A stretch of 63,779 nt of DNA, the filler included. It is 9 parts of 9 records of this genome, joined end to end, with 100 filler letters (N's around TTAATTAATTAA, not from the genome) between each part and the next. Parts side by side here need not be neighbours in the genome. Positions count along the whole stretch, not along the records: positions 26,943 to 36,723 come from SRR31156797_24620; positions 36,824 to 44,820 come from SRR31156797_24631; 7 more parts are not named here. One strand, 5' to 3'. Positions 28,734 to 38,444 of this stretch are shown here, one piece after another. The notes beneath the pieces are model-generated. The model saw nothing but the letters and a program-made list of their open reading frames with translations. It did no database searches and was not told the origin of the DNA. A program made the translations under genes and the position numbers. Position 1 is the stretch's first letter, and each line of letters starts with the position of its first letter.

Positions 28734-31700
28734 TTATTCATTCACGTATGGTGCATCTTCAGTTTCCTTAAGCTTTTGCTCAAGTTCTTTGATTTTTTGC
28801 TCCTGAAGCACCTTTTTATATTCAAACGGAATCACCTTTACAAACTTAGGCAGATACTTGTTCCAGTTAACCAAGATATCCTGGGCCTTTTCACTGTTTG
28901 TATGTAGTAAATGCTTGTTCAGTAAGAATTGTAATTCCTGAACATCAGCTGCATCTTCTACAGGCGAAAGCTCTACTAATCCTTTGTTACAGTAGTAGTC
29001 GAAGTTTCCTTCTTCATCCAACACGTAAGCAATACCTCCGCTCATACCAGCAGCAAAATTACGTCCTGTTTTTCCAATTACTACTACTCTACCTCCGGTC
29101 ATATACTCACAACAGTGATCACCAACTCCTTCAACTACTGCTGCAGCACCTGAGTTACGCACGCAAAAACGCTCTCCGGCTACTCCTCTTACATAAACAT
29201 TACCGGTAGTTGCACCATAAAGAACTGTATTACCAATAATGATATTTTCTTCCGGCTTAAACGTAGAACCTGCAGGAGGCACAACTACAATTTTACCACC
29301 AGAAAGACCTTTTCCTAAGTAGTCATTGGCATCACCTTCCAATTTAAACGATACTCCTCTTGTTAAGAAAGCACCAAAACTCTGTCCGGCAGAACCACTA
29401 AACTTACAGTTAATGGTATTTTTAGGAAGACCATCTTCTCCGTAACGCTTACTCACTTCACCTGAAAGCATTGCTCCAACGGTACGGTCGGTATTACCTA
29501 TTTCCTTGGCAACCCAAACTTTTGCCTGATTTAATAAAGCAGGTTGTGCTTCATCAATCAACTGTACGTCCATAACATCTTCGATGCCATGCTTTTGTGT
29601 AGTGGTATTGTGTAAAGGATAAATCTTAGCTTCTTCAGGGAAATGAAGCAAGTTGCTCATATCAATCCCTTTTGTCTTCCAGTTACCTACATTTGGATCC
29701 TGCTCCATTAAGTCAGTACGTCCGATGATATCGTCTAATGATTTATATCCTAATTGTGCTAAGTACTCACGAACTTCTTCAGCAATAAAGTTCATGAAGT
29801 TCACCACATTTTTATACTTACCAATAAAACGTTTTCTTAATTCTGGATTTTGAGTTGCAATACCAGCAGGACAAGTATTCAAGTGACACTTACGCATCAT
29901 GATACATCCTAAAGTAATCAATGCAGATGTTGCAAATCCGTATTCTTCAGCTCCAAGAATCGCCATTTTAATTACATCCAAACCAGTTTTTAACTGACCG
30001 TCTGTTTGTAATTTAACTCTTCCTCGAAGGTTATTCATTACAAGTGTTTGCTGTGTTTCTGCCAAACCTACCTCAACAGGCATTCCGGCATGCTTCACCG
30101 AACTTGTTGGAGATGCTCCAGTTCCACCTTCAGTACCTGCAATTACAATTAGATCGGCATGTGCTTTTGCCACACCAGCTGCAATGGTACCAACACCAGT
30201 TTCAGAAACTAACTTAACACTAATGTTAGCTGTTGGATTTGTACACTTTAAGTCATAAATCAACTGCGCTAAATCCTCGATAGAGTAAATATCGTGGTGC
30301 GGAGGAGGAGAAATCAAAGTAATACCCGGAGTAGAATTTCTCAGCTTAGCGATAATCTTATCTACTTTAAATCCTGGTAACTGACCACCTTCACCCGGCT
30401 TAGCTCCCTGTGCCACTTTAATCTGAAGCTCATCTGCATTAGTCAGGTAGTTGTTAGTAACTCCAAAACGACCTGATGCAATCTGCTTAATTGAACTACG
30501 TGCATTTGATTTGAATCTTTCAGCGTCCTCACCACCTTCTCCGGTGTTACTACGGCCGCCTACTTCATTCATCGCAATAGCTAAAGCAGTATGCGCTTCT
30601 TTTGAGATTGATCCATAACTCATCGCTCCCGTTACAAAACGTTTTGTAATCGCAGAAACTGGTTCAACCTCACTAATATCTATAGGTTGACGATCTTCTT
30701 TCAACTTAAGGAATCCTCTTAAGAATAATGGATCCTGGTTGTCTTCGTGAACCTTTTTACTAAACTCTTTAAACTTAGCGTAATCGCCCTGGCTGGTAGA
30801 CCACTGTAATAAACCAACTGTTTCAGGGTTCCATCCGTGTTTCTCACCATACTTACGATAGTGGTAAGAACCTGTACTGTTAACAATTTCGTTTGGTTTT
30901 GGATCTGAATAAGCTTTTTCGTGGAACAACTCAGCTTCACGAGCTAACTCTTCGAATCCAACTCCACCAATTTTAGAAGAAGTTCCTGTAAAGAATCTAT
31001 CAACGATATCTTTAGAAATACCTACCGCTTCAAAAATCTGAGCACCATGGTAACTTCTTAAAGTAGAGATACCCATTTTCGAAAGGATTTTTAATAATCC
31101 TTTGTCAACAGCTTTGATATAATTTTCACGAGCCTCAGCATAATCCATATTGACATCACCTTTTTTCACAAGGTCATCAATAGATGCAAAACTCATGTAT
31201 GGATTAATCACACTAGCTCCAAATCCTAACAATAAAGCAAAATGCATTACTTCACGTGCTTCGCCGGTTTCAACAATTAAACCGATTTGCATACGTTTTT
31301 GCTTCTTAATTAGAGAGTGATGAACAGCTGCAACAGCTAATAAAGAAGGAACCGGTGCTGTATCTTTATCAATTTTTCTATCAGAAAGAATAATGAAGTT
31401 TTTAGCACTATCCACTGCTTTTTCTGCATCTGCACACATTTTCTCAATAGCAGCTTCCATTCCTTTTCCACCTTCTTTAACAGCATATGTCATTGGAATG
31501 GTTACATGAGAAAACTCTTCTCTTCTGTAATCCTTAATCTTTCCTAAATCCGTATTGGTTACAATTGGACTTTCGAATTTAATTAAGCGGCAATGTGCAG
31601 GACTATATTCAAGAATATTCTTTGAAGCAGAACCAATATAATTGGTTAAAGCCATTACTAACCCTTCACGAATCGGGTCAATTGGCGGGTTAGTAACCTG

Positions 31701-33254
31701 CGCAAATAACTGACGGAAGTAATTGAATAATCTTTGTGGCTTATCCGATAAAGCAGCAATTGGTGTATCGTTACCCATTGAAGTAACAGGCTCCATACCT
31801 GTTTGTGCCATCGGAGTTATTAAAGTTTTTAAATCTTCACGAGAGTACCCAAATGTTTTTAGGTAAGTATCAAAATGATCAACCGAAGACTTAACTCTTG
31901 TTTTAACTTCAATATCTTTAAGACGAATACGGTTTTCTTTTAACCAGTTTTCGAAAGGATATTTTTGAGAAATTTGCGCTTTAATTTCCTGGTCAGGTAT
32001 AATGATACCTAATTTGGTATCCACCAATAATAATTTACCAGGCTTCAAACGACCTTTCTCTTTTATCTCTTGTGGTTCAAAAACCTGACAACCTACCTCA
32101 GAACCCATTACAATCATGTCATCTTTTGTGATTACATAACGTGATGGACGAAGACCGTTTCTATCCAAAGTACCTCCGATATATCTACCATCAGAGAATA
32201 CAATAGAAGCAGGACCATCCCATGGCTCCATAATTGTAGAGTGGTATTCGTAATAAGCTTTTAAACTTTTTGGAATTGGGTTTTTATCATTCCACGACTC
32301 CGGAATCAACATACTTAAAGCTTGTGGCAAGCTTCTTCCTGTTAAGAATAAAAACTCCAATACATTATCTAATGATGCGGAGTCACTTTTACCCGGCTCA
32401 ACTACAGGGAAAATCTTCTGTAAATCCTCGCCAAATAAATCTGACTTTAACAAAGCTTCACGCGCTTGCATCCATAAACGGTTACCTTTAATTGTATTAA
32501 TCTCACCATTGTGAGCCATAATACGGAAAGGCTGTGCCAAATCCCATGATGGGAAAGTATTGGTACTAAACCTTGAGTGAACTAAAGAAATAGCACTCTT
32601 TAATTTTGGATTTTGCAAATCAAGGAAATATGAACCCACCTGATCTGGGGTTAACATCCCTTTATAAATAAATATCTTTGTAGATAAAGAAGGAATATAA
32701 AAGGCTTCTTTTTCCTTTAATTCTGATTCTCTGATCTTTTTCTCAGCAACTTTACGGGCAATATAAAGCTTACGCTCTAATTTATTTTGCTCAAAGTTAC
32801 CTTTTACAAATACCTGTCGAATTCTTGGTTCAGTACGCTTAGCAATTTCACCTATCACACTGCTATCTACAGGAACATCACGGTATCCAATCAACTCAAG
32901 CCCCTCGTCAACAAAATTTGCATTTAGCACCTCTTGACAAAGTAAAGCTTCTCTTTCTTCTTCCGGTAAAAATAACAACCCAGTACCATATTTTCCAGGC
33001 TCCGGTAAATCAAACCCAAGTGTGCTACAAAATTCATGTGGCACCTGAAGAAGGATTCCTGCACCGTCTCCTGATTTATTATCTGAGCTTTCTGCACCCC
33101 TATGGGTCATGTTAACTAATACTTCAAGACCACGTGTAACAATATCATGTGAAGTACCACCTTTGATATTAGCCACGAAACCTATCCCACAGTTATCATG
33201 CTCATTGGCAGGGTCGTACAGTCCCACTGCCTTTGGAAATCTCTTTTGCATCAT
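28734..33254 (-). CDS. gltB: glutamate synthase large (alpha) subunit
   Basis: EHDNCGIGF (catalytic Cys1), HSRFSTNTFPSW, FAQVTNPPID, AQGAKPGEGGQLPG, CIMMRKCHLNTCP, GXGXG domain. Confidence 0.98.
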   Translation of the reverse strand: MMQKRFPKAVGLYDPANEHDNCGIGFVANIKGGTSHDIVTRGLEVLVNMTHRGAESSDNKSGDGAGILLQVPHEFCSTLGFDLPEPGKYGTGLLFLPEEEREALLCQEVLNANFVDEGLELIGYRDVPVDSSVIGEIAKRTEPRIRQVFVKGNFEQNKLERKLYIARKVAEKKIRESELKEKEAFYIPSLSTKIFIYKGMLTPDQVGSYFLDLQNPKLKSAISLVHSRFSTNTFPSWDLAQPFRIMAHNGEINTIKGNRLWMQAREALLKSDLFGEDLQKIFPVVEPGKSDSASLDNVLEFLFLTGRSLPQALSMLIPESWNDKNPIPKSLKAYYEYHSTIMEPWDGPASIVFSDGRYIGGTLDRNGLRPSRYVITKDDMIVMGSEVGCQVFEPQEIKEKGRLKPGKLLLVDTKLGIIIPDQEIKAQISQKYPFENWLKENRIRLKDIEVKTRVKSSVDHFDTYLKTFGYSREDLKTLITPMAQTGMEPVTSMGNDTPIAALSDKPQRLFNYFRQLFAQVTNPPIDPIREGLVMALTNYIGSASKNILEYSPAHCRLIKFESPIVTNTDLGKIKDYRREEFSHVTIPMTYAVKEGGKGMEAAIEKMCADAEKAVDSAKNFIILSDRKIDKDTAPVPSLLAVAAVHHSLIKKQKRMQIGLIVETGEAREVMHFALLLGFGASVINPYMSFASIDDLVKKGDVNMDYAEARENYIKAVDKGLLKILSKMGISTLRSYHGAQIFEAVGISKDIVDRFFTGTSSKIGGVGFEELAREAELFHEKAYSDPKPNEIVNSTGSYHYRKYGEKHGWNPETVGLLQWSTSQGDYAKFKEFSKKVHEDNQDPLFLRGFLKLKEDRQPIDISEVEPVSAITKRFVTGAMSYGSISKEAHTALAIAMNEVGGRSNTGEGGEDAERFKSNARSSIKQIASGRFGVTNNYLTNADELQIKVAQGAKPGEGGQLPGFKVDKIIAKLRNSTPGITLISPPPHHDIYSIEDLAQLIYDLKCTNPTANISVKLVSETGVGTIAAGVAKAHADLIVIAGTEGGTGASPTSSVKHAGMPVEVGLAETQQTLVMNNLRGRVKLQTDGQLKTGLDVIKMAILGAEEYGFATSALITLGCIMMRKCHLNTCPAGIATQNPELRKRFIGKYKNVVNFMNFIAEEVREYLAQLGYKSLDDIIGRTDLMEQDPNVGNWKTKGIDMSNLLHFPEEAKIYPLHNTTTQKHGIEDVMDVQLIDEAQPALLNQAKVWVAKEIGNTDRTVGAMLSGEVSKRYGEDGLPKNTINCKFSGSAGQSFGAFLTRGVSFKLEGDANDYLGKGLSGGKIVVVPPAGSTFKPEENIIIGNTVLYGATTGNVYVRGVAGERFCVRNSGAAAVVEGVGDHCCEYMTGGRVVVIGKTGRNFAAGMSGGIAYVLDEEGNFDYYCNKGLVELSPVEDAADVQELQFLLNKHLLHTNSEKAQDILVNWNKYLPKFVKVIPFEYKKVLQEQKIKELEQKLKETEDAPYVNE

Positions 33255-33423
33255 ATCTATATATTAATAAAGAAGGAATATTACTGAAACCTGATCCACC
33301 AAGCGAAGCGATCAATCTCCCAAAATTTACTACCATTTTCTACATTTGTCAAACCATTAACAAACGTTCACAAAAAAGATAGTAATTATAAATTTTTCCA
33401 ATAATTTACTTTGAAAACGGAAG

Positions 33424-33455
33424 CAAAAATAGCTTTTTCAATTATATTTTCCAAA
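33424..33455 (-). promoter_or_regulatory. Bacteroidota sigmaA promoter for gltB (TTTG-N20-TATTTTTG)
   Basis: Matches the -33 TTTG and -7 TAnnTTTG consensus on the minus strand, about 170 nt upstream of the ATG. Confidence 0.65.
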
Positions 33456-34542
33456 ACATGACCATTAACATACGTTAAAAGGTGAGTTTTGACGGCATTT
33501 TTTTATGATTTTTATCATACGAAACCCATCTTATTCAAACATATATACCTATTAATCTGCACCTTACAAATTAATGCATAAATTTTCACTCCTCTGTATA
33601 TTTATGCACTTTTTTTTTATAAAACATTTACAATCAGATTAAAATTCAATACCGCAACCTTAACAAAAGAATAAAAACATATAATAATATAGATTTCTTA
33701 CTATTGATAAGATTTTGAAAATTGTTTCATGAGCTCTAAAATACTTCAAGCTTAATCATGTTTTTCTTCTATTAACAATTAATACATTTCAATAATAACC
33801 ATTAAAATAAAGCAAAGCGCCACAAGAATTGATGGCTGGATATATAATATAGATAGTCTCTATTATAATAACCTAACTATGCATTTTAAAACAAGCGAAA
33901 AAAATATGAAATCAAGTTTAGGTTGTCATCCTATATTATACAATATATAATGGTTCACTATTTTTTTAAGATATAACCTCATTAACTAATAAAAATTCTT
34001 AGCTACGATCACTTATAAGAATACAATTTTTATTGCATCTCTTTATCTAACTTACCTTAATCAACAAATAAACCTTATATATTAATATTGCATTAATAGA
34101 TCTCTCTTAATATTTACAACATTAAAAAAAAGCAATCTATATAAACTGTTTATTGATTTTTTAAAATCCATTTTATAAATTAATATATCCCTTATATGAA
34201 TTATAATAATTTTAAAAAACAAATAACAAATTACTAAAAACCACTTTTCAACAAACAACCCCTGCAATAATCAATATCAACATCTGTATTTTTTACTTTT
34301 ATTCATCTTTTAGGCCTTTATATTAGGGGTTAAAATTATTTTTTACATATTTTAATAAAATTAACCCCTAAATTATTTGGGCAGTATTAAAAAAAACTAC
34401 ATTTTTGTAACGTGAGTTTTAAAAACAACACCCCCATAGGAAAATGTTCCTAGTTTTTAATCAACACCCTTAAAACACCCCGTTGATTTTTTTTAAAATT
34501 CTATAATAAGATTGTGTAACCTATTTTTTAAAACCTATTACA

Positions 34543-35634
34543 ATGAAAAAAGTAATTTTAGCTTTTGCGATTTTATTCGCATTCGGTAGTGCAACCATGA
34601 AAGCACAAGAAGAATCATCTGAACTAGAAATTACTGGTTCTGTTGACACTTACTTTAAGTATGACTTTTCAGGTTCAAACCAAATTCAAACTTCATTTGC
34701 CGACAATCACAACTCTATTTCAATTGGCATGATTGACTTAGGATTTGCCAAAACAGTTGGAAAAACAAGTTTTTTTGGAGAACTTTCTTTTGGTCCAAGA
34801 AGCTTTAAGTCTATCCCTGGTCAAAGCTTTTCTGTATTTGACAGTAACGGTGAAGAAACAGGCGACATGGAAACGCAAAGCGTTAACATCCAAAACTTAT
34901 ATGTAAGCTACGCACTAAGTGATGCCGTTTCATTAACTGCAGGATATATGGGTACTTTTGTTGGATATGAGGTAATTTCACCTGCAGCAAATTTTAACTA
35001 TTCTACTTCTTATTTATTCTCTGCTGGTCCTTTCCAAAATGCTGGAATTAAAATGGATTGGGCAATAACAGACGGAGTAGGTTTAATGGTAGGATTCTTT
35101 AACGATTGGAACGTATATCAAGACATGGATGGCATTTCAGACATTGGCGCTCAATTATCTCTTTCTCCAGTAGAAGGATGGGATGCATATATCAACTTCG
35201 TTAACGGCCCTAGCTCAGGTACTATTTTAGACTTAACAACTGGATACCAAATTAGTGACGCCTTCTATTTAGGATTAAATGCAGCTGATTACTCTGCAGC
35301 TAATTCTGATGACGGCGGATACTCAGGCGTAGCTTTTTACCCTCAGTTAGCTTTATCTGATAACGTATCATTAGGGTATAGAGGTGAGTTCTTTTCTACA
35401 AAAGATTCTAAAGAAGAAATTACTGATCCATTAAGCGGAATGACAATTTTAGCTGATATTGAGAAATCAAGTGTATTTTCTAGTACAGTAACATTAAATT
35501 ACTATAGTGGTCCATTTACATTCTTAACTGAAGTTAGATTAGACTCTGCAAAAGACGAATGGTTCTCAAAAGAAAATGGAGATCCAACTAAATCAGCAAC
35601 ACAATTCTTAATGGCTGCTATTTATTCTTTCTAA
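34543..35634 (+). CDS. outer-membrane beta-barrel porin (BBP2-like)
   Basis: Signal peptide, ITGSVDTYFKYDF, TFVGYEVISPAANFNYSTSYLF, C-terminal aromatic YSF. Confidence 0.85.
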   Translation: MKKVILAFAILFAFGSATMKAQEESSELEITGSVDTYFKYDFSGSNQIQTSFADNHNSISIGMIDLGFAKTVGKTSFFGELSFGPRSFKSIPGQSFSVFDSNGEETGDMETQSVNIQNLYVSYALSDAVSLTAGYMGTFVGYEVISPAANFNYSTSYLFSAGPFQNAGIKMDWAITDGVGLMVGFFNDWNVYQDMDGISDIGAQLSLSPVEGWDAYINFVNGPSSGTILDLTTGYQISDAFYLGLNAADYSAANSDDGGYSGVAFYPQLALSDNVSLGYRGEFFSTKDSKEEITDPLSGMTILADIEKSSVFSSTVTLNYYSGPFTFLTEVRLDSAKDEWFSKENGDPTKSATQFLMAAIYSF

Positions 35635-35647
35635 TGACATAAATTAA

Positions 35648-35789
35648 AAAAGAAGGTGAGGTCGTTGCTTCTGCATTTCATTTCTCAACACTGAAAACCA
35701 AGCGATTGTTCTCTCCAATATGCGTTAAATTAAAGGGTAGTTTTTCCACCTTTTGTTTCCCAGTCAGAACTGCAATTTCACCTTCTTTT
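35648..35789 (+). ncRNA. candidate structured RNA element between the porin and P-II genes
   Basis: 12-bp perfect closing stem AAAAGAAGGTGA/TCACCTTCTTTT, continued by GTTGC/GCAAT and TTCTG/CAGAA, enclosing further hairpins. Confidence 0.45.
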
Positions 35790-35832
35790 ATTTAAAATAT
35801 TTTAGTTCGACCAACTATTAAAAATTGAACAC

Positions 35833-36177
35833 ATGAAAAAAATTGAATCAATTATTAGACTAACACAATATGAAAGTGTTAAGAAAGCACTCGAAGAGCA
35901 AGACATAACTTTCTTTTCTTACTGGGATGTTCGTGGTGTAGGTACTGCTAGAGAAGGTCACTTATACAGAGGTACTGTATATGATACAAGTATTATTGAG
36001 CGTCGTTTGTTATCTATCATCGTTCGTGATGAAAACCTAGAGAAAACAGTTCAAGCTATTATGGCAGCTGCAAGAACCGGAGAGATAGGTGATGGAAGAA
36101 TCTTTGTTACTGACGTAGCTGACACTTACAGAATTCGCACAGGAGAATCAGGACCAGAAACTCTTTACGAAAAGTAA
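35833..36177 (+). CDS. glnK: P-II nitrogen regulatory protein (GlnK-like, amt-linked)
   Basis: MKKIESIIR, T-loop YRGTVY, AARTGEIGDGRIFV, RIRTGE; precedes amt. Confidence 0.85.
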   Translation: MKKIESIIRLTQYESVKKALEEQDITFFSYWDVRGVGTAREGHLYRGTVYDTSIIERRLLSIIVRDENLEKTVQAIMAAARTGEIGDGRIFVTDVADTYRIRTGESGPETLYEK

Positions 36178-36222
36178 TCAAACCCTAATAATCTGATTTA
36201 AAAACATTAAAAAGACAATATT

Positions 36223-36723
36223 ATGGATGCAAACAGCGCTTTAGATATATTATGGATACTGATAGCCGGTATTTTAGTATTTTTTATGCAAGCAGGATTT
36301 GCCTTAGTTGAGGCAGGTTTTACAAGAGCAAAAAACGTGGGTAATATTATCATGAAGAACTTCATGGACTTCTCACTAGGTTCTCTACTTTTCTGGATCA
36401 TTGGATATAGCATTATGTACGGTGGCGAAGGTGCTTTCCTTGGAGCATTTGATTTCTTTTACAATGTCGAAGGTGATATGCACAATCTTTTCTTCCAAAC
36501 AGTATTTGCTGCAACAGCTGCAACTATTGTTTCTGGAGCTATGGCTGAACGTACAAAATTCAGCACTTACTTGGTATTTTCAGTAGTAATTACTGCAGTT
36601 ATTTATCCTATCTCAGGTCACTGGGTATGGGGAGGCGGATGGCTTTCTACTATGGAAACTCCATTCCATGACTTCGCAGGTTCTACTGTAGTACACTCTG
36701 TTGGTGGATGGGCTGCTTTAGCT
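36223..36723 (+). CDS. amtB: ammonium transporter (3' truncated)
   Basis: FFMQAGFALVEAG, FFQTVFAATAATIVSGAMAER, HWVWGGGWL, DFAGSTVVHSVGGW. Confidence 0.95.
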
Positions 36724-36823
36724 NNNNNNNNNNNNNNNNNNNNNNNNNNNNNNNNNNNNNNNNNNNNTTAATTAATTAANNNNNNNNNNNNNNNNNNNNN
36801 NNNNNNNNNNNNNNNNNNNNNNN
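36724..36823. other. artificial contig-joining spacer
   Basis: N44-TTAATTAATTAA-N44. Confidence 0.99.
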
Positions 36824-37020
36824 CCATCCGCCGCAGGCGGCGCGTTCCTTCACGAAAATCCTGAAAACTGTTGAAATAATACAGCTGTTGAAAATTACTG
36901 AGATCATACAAAGTCACAAAAGTGTTTGTTCCATCTATTAGTAAATAGTTAAACCCTGCAAATACAGCGATTACTTTTTATGTGTATCACACTATCAAAA
37001 CAGAAAAGACGGTGATCACA

Positions 37021-37320
37021 TTGACAAAGAAATTAACACTTGAAGATCTTGAAAAGTCAAAGGATAAAAAAGAAATAAAACCACTTGAAAAAGACCTCGA
37101 AGATCTCTATGACCTCATAATCCCTCCGGGAACTCCCTCTTACATCATCTACGACCTTGTGGAAGAGTTCGAACTCGAACCGGTTGAAAGGAAGTTAAAT
37201 GTCCAAATCGTAGATGTTGACGAAAGAGAAGTCATAGCTCTCAGGGGTGTTCTCTCCGAAGTTCAGGCTGCAGAAAAGTTCCTTCATGAAGAACTGACCG
37301 CTTGGGCAAACAGTGATTAA
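37021..37320 (+). CDS. acidic hypothetical protein (methanogen)
   Basis: TTG 37021 follows the archaeal RBS GGTGA; LYDLIIPPGTP core. Confidence 0.65.
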   Translation: MTKKLTLEDLEKSKDKKEIKPLEKDLEDLYDLIIPPGTPSYIIYDLVEEFELEPVERKLNVQIVDVDEREVIALRGVLSEVQAAEKFLHEELTAWANSD

Positions 37321-37393
37321 AACCAGAATTTAGTTGAATTAACTCAATAAAGGCAAAATAAGTCGAATAAGTACAGGCAACCTGCCTGTCCTT

Positions 37394-38365
37394 TCAAATT
37401 CCTGTTATACTATCGTTCTTCAAATCAAATACAACAGCTTTGCCGCTGTCATCTTGAATATCAACAACCTGACTGTCATTGATAACACCTATAGCCGCTG
37501 CTTTAAGACCTGCATCCTCAAATATCTCAATACACTGAGCAGCATTCTCTTCCTTTGCAGTGACAACATAACCTGTTGCAGGATATATCTTCAACCACTG
37601 TGAAAGCTCAAGACCATCGGGCATTGGTATCTTCTTAAGATCAACTGATGCACCGACCCTGCTCACTTCACATAGCATACCGAGAGTCCCTATTGTACCA
37701 GGATTACTGATATCCTTTCCTGCCGTTACCAGTTTCTTTTCTCCAATATCCTGCATGACCATAAAACGCTCACGCACAACATCTGCTTCCTTGAAAGAAG
37801 TAGTATCCCAGCTATAGGGTGAATTCTTTCCGACCCTGCCGTCCATATCATAAGCAACTATGACAACATCACCGGGTTTTGCACTGTCACTTCTGATGAC
37901 GCAGTCTTTCTTAGCGATACCGATGATAGAAACTGCAAGAGAATTATAAGGAGTGTCAGGGTGCATGTGACCTCCGACCATGGGCACACCGAACTTCTTT
38001 ATCCCATCCCTGATACCACGCATGATTTCCTCAGTGGATTCCAGGTCACTGGAAGCCATGACGTTGACCATTGCAAGAGGACGACCACCCATTGCGGAAA
38101 TGTCATTGACATTCACCACAACAGACGTATAGCCTGTCCACCATGGGCTTTTATTGACAATTCTTCCCCAGATGGCATCAGCTGCAAAAAGTATCACATC
38201 ATCTGTACCAATATCTATAACTGCAGCATCATCTCCGAAATCATCGATAACCTCTCCGTATTCTGAACGAACGGTTTCAAATATACTTACGATATCTGCA
38301 ATCGGCTTTTTACGGGTTACCCCTTCAAAGTTCCTTAAGTCTGCTGCAAGCTCCTCTATATTCAA
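37394..38365 (-). CDS. methanogenesis marker 2 protein (AIR synthase/ThiL/SelD-like fold)
   Basis: GVTRKKPI, FGDDAAVI, VNVNDISAMGGRP, VPMVGGH, KDISNPG..GTLGMLCE; TTG 38365 follows AGGTG. Confidence 0.85.
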   Translation of the reverse strand: MNIEELAADLRNFEGVTRKKPIADIVSIFETVRSEYGEVIDDFGDDAAVIDIGTDDVILFAADAIWGRIVNKSPWWTGYTSVVVNVNDISAMGGRPLAMVNVMASSDLESTEEIMRGIRDGIKKFGVPMVGGHMHPDTPYNSLAVSIIGIAKKDCVIRSDSAKPGDVVIVAYDMDGRVGKNSPYSWDTTSFKEADVVRERFMVMQDIGEKKLVTAGKDISNPGTIGTLGMLCEVSRVGASVDLKKIPMPDGLELSQWLKIYPATGYVVTAKEENAAQCIEIFEDAGLKAAAIGVINDSQVVDIQDDSGKAVVFDLKNDSITGI

Positions 38366-38444
38366 AAAAAACACCTGCACTATGTAATAGAATAATAGAT
38401 ATAAGGATATGGTAGTGATATAAATAAAATTTCAGTGAAAAGGC

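Noticed and set aside
33341..33348. TACATTTG as an antisense or divergent promoter in the gltB leader
   Set aside because: No matching -33 TTTG at the right spacing; likely a chance match in AT-rich DNA.
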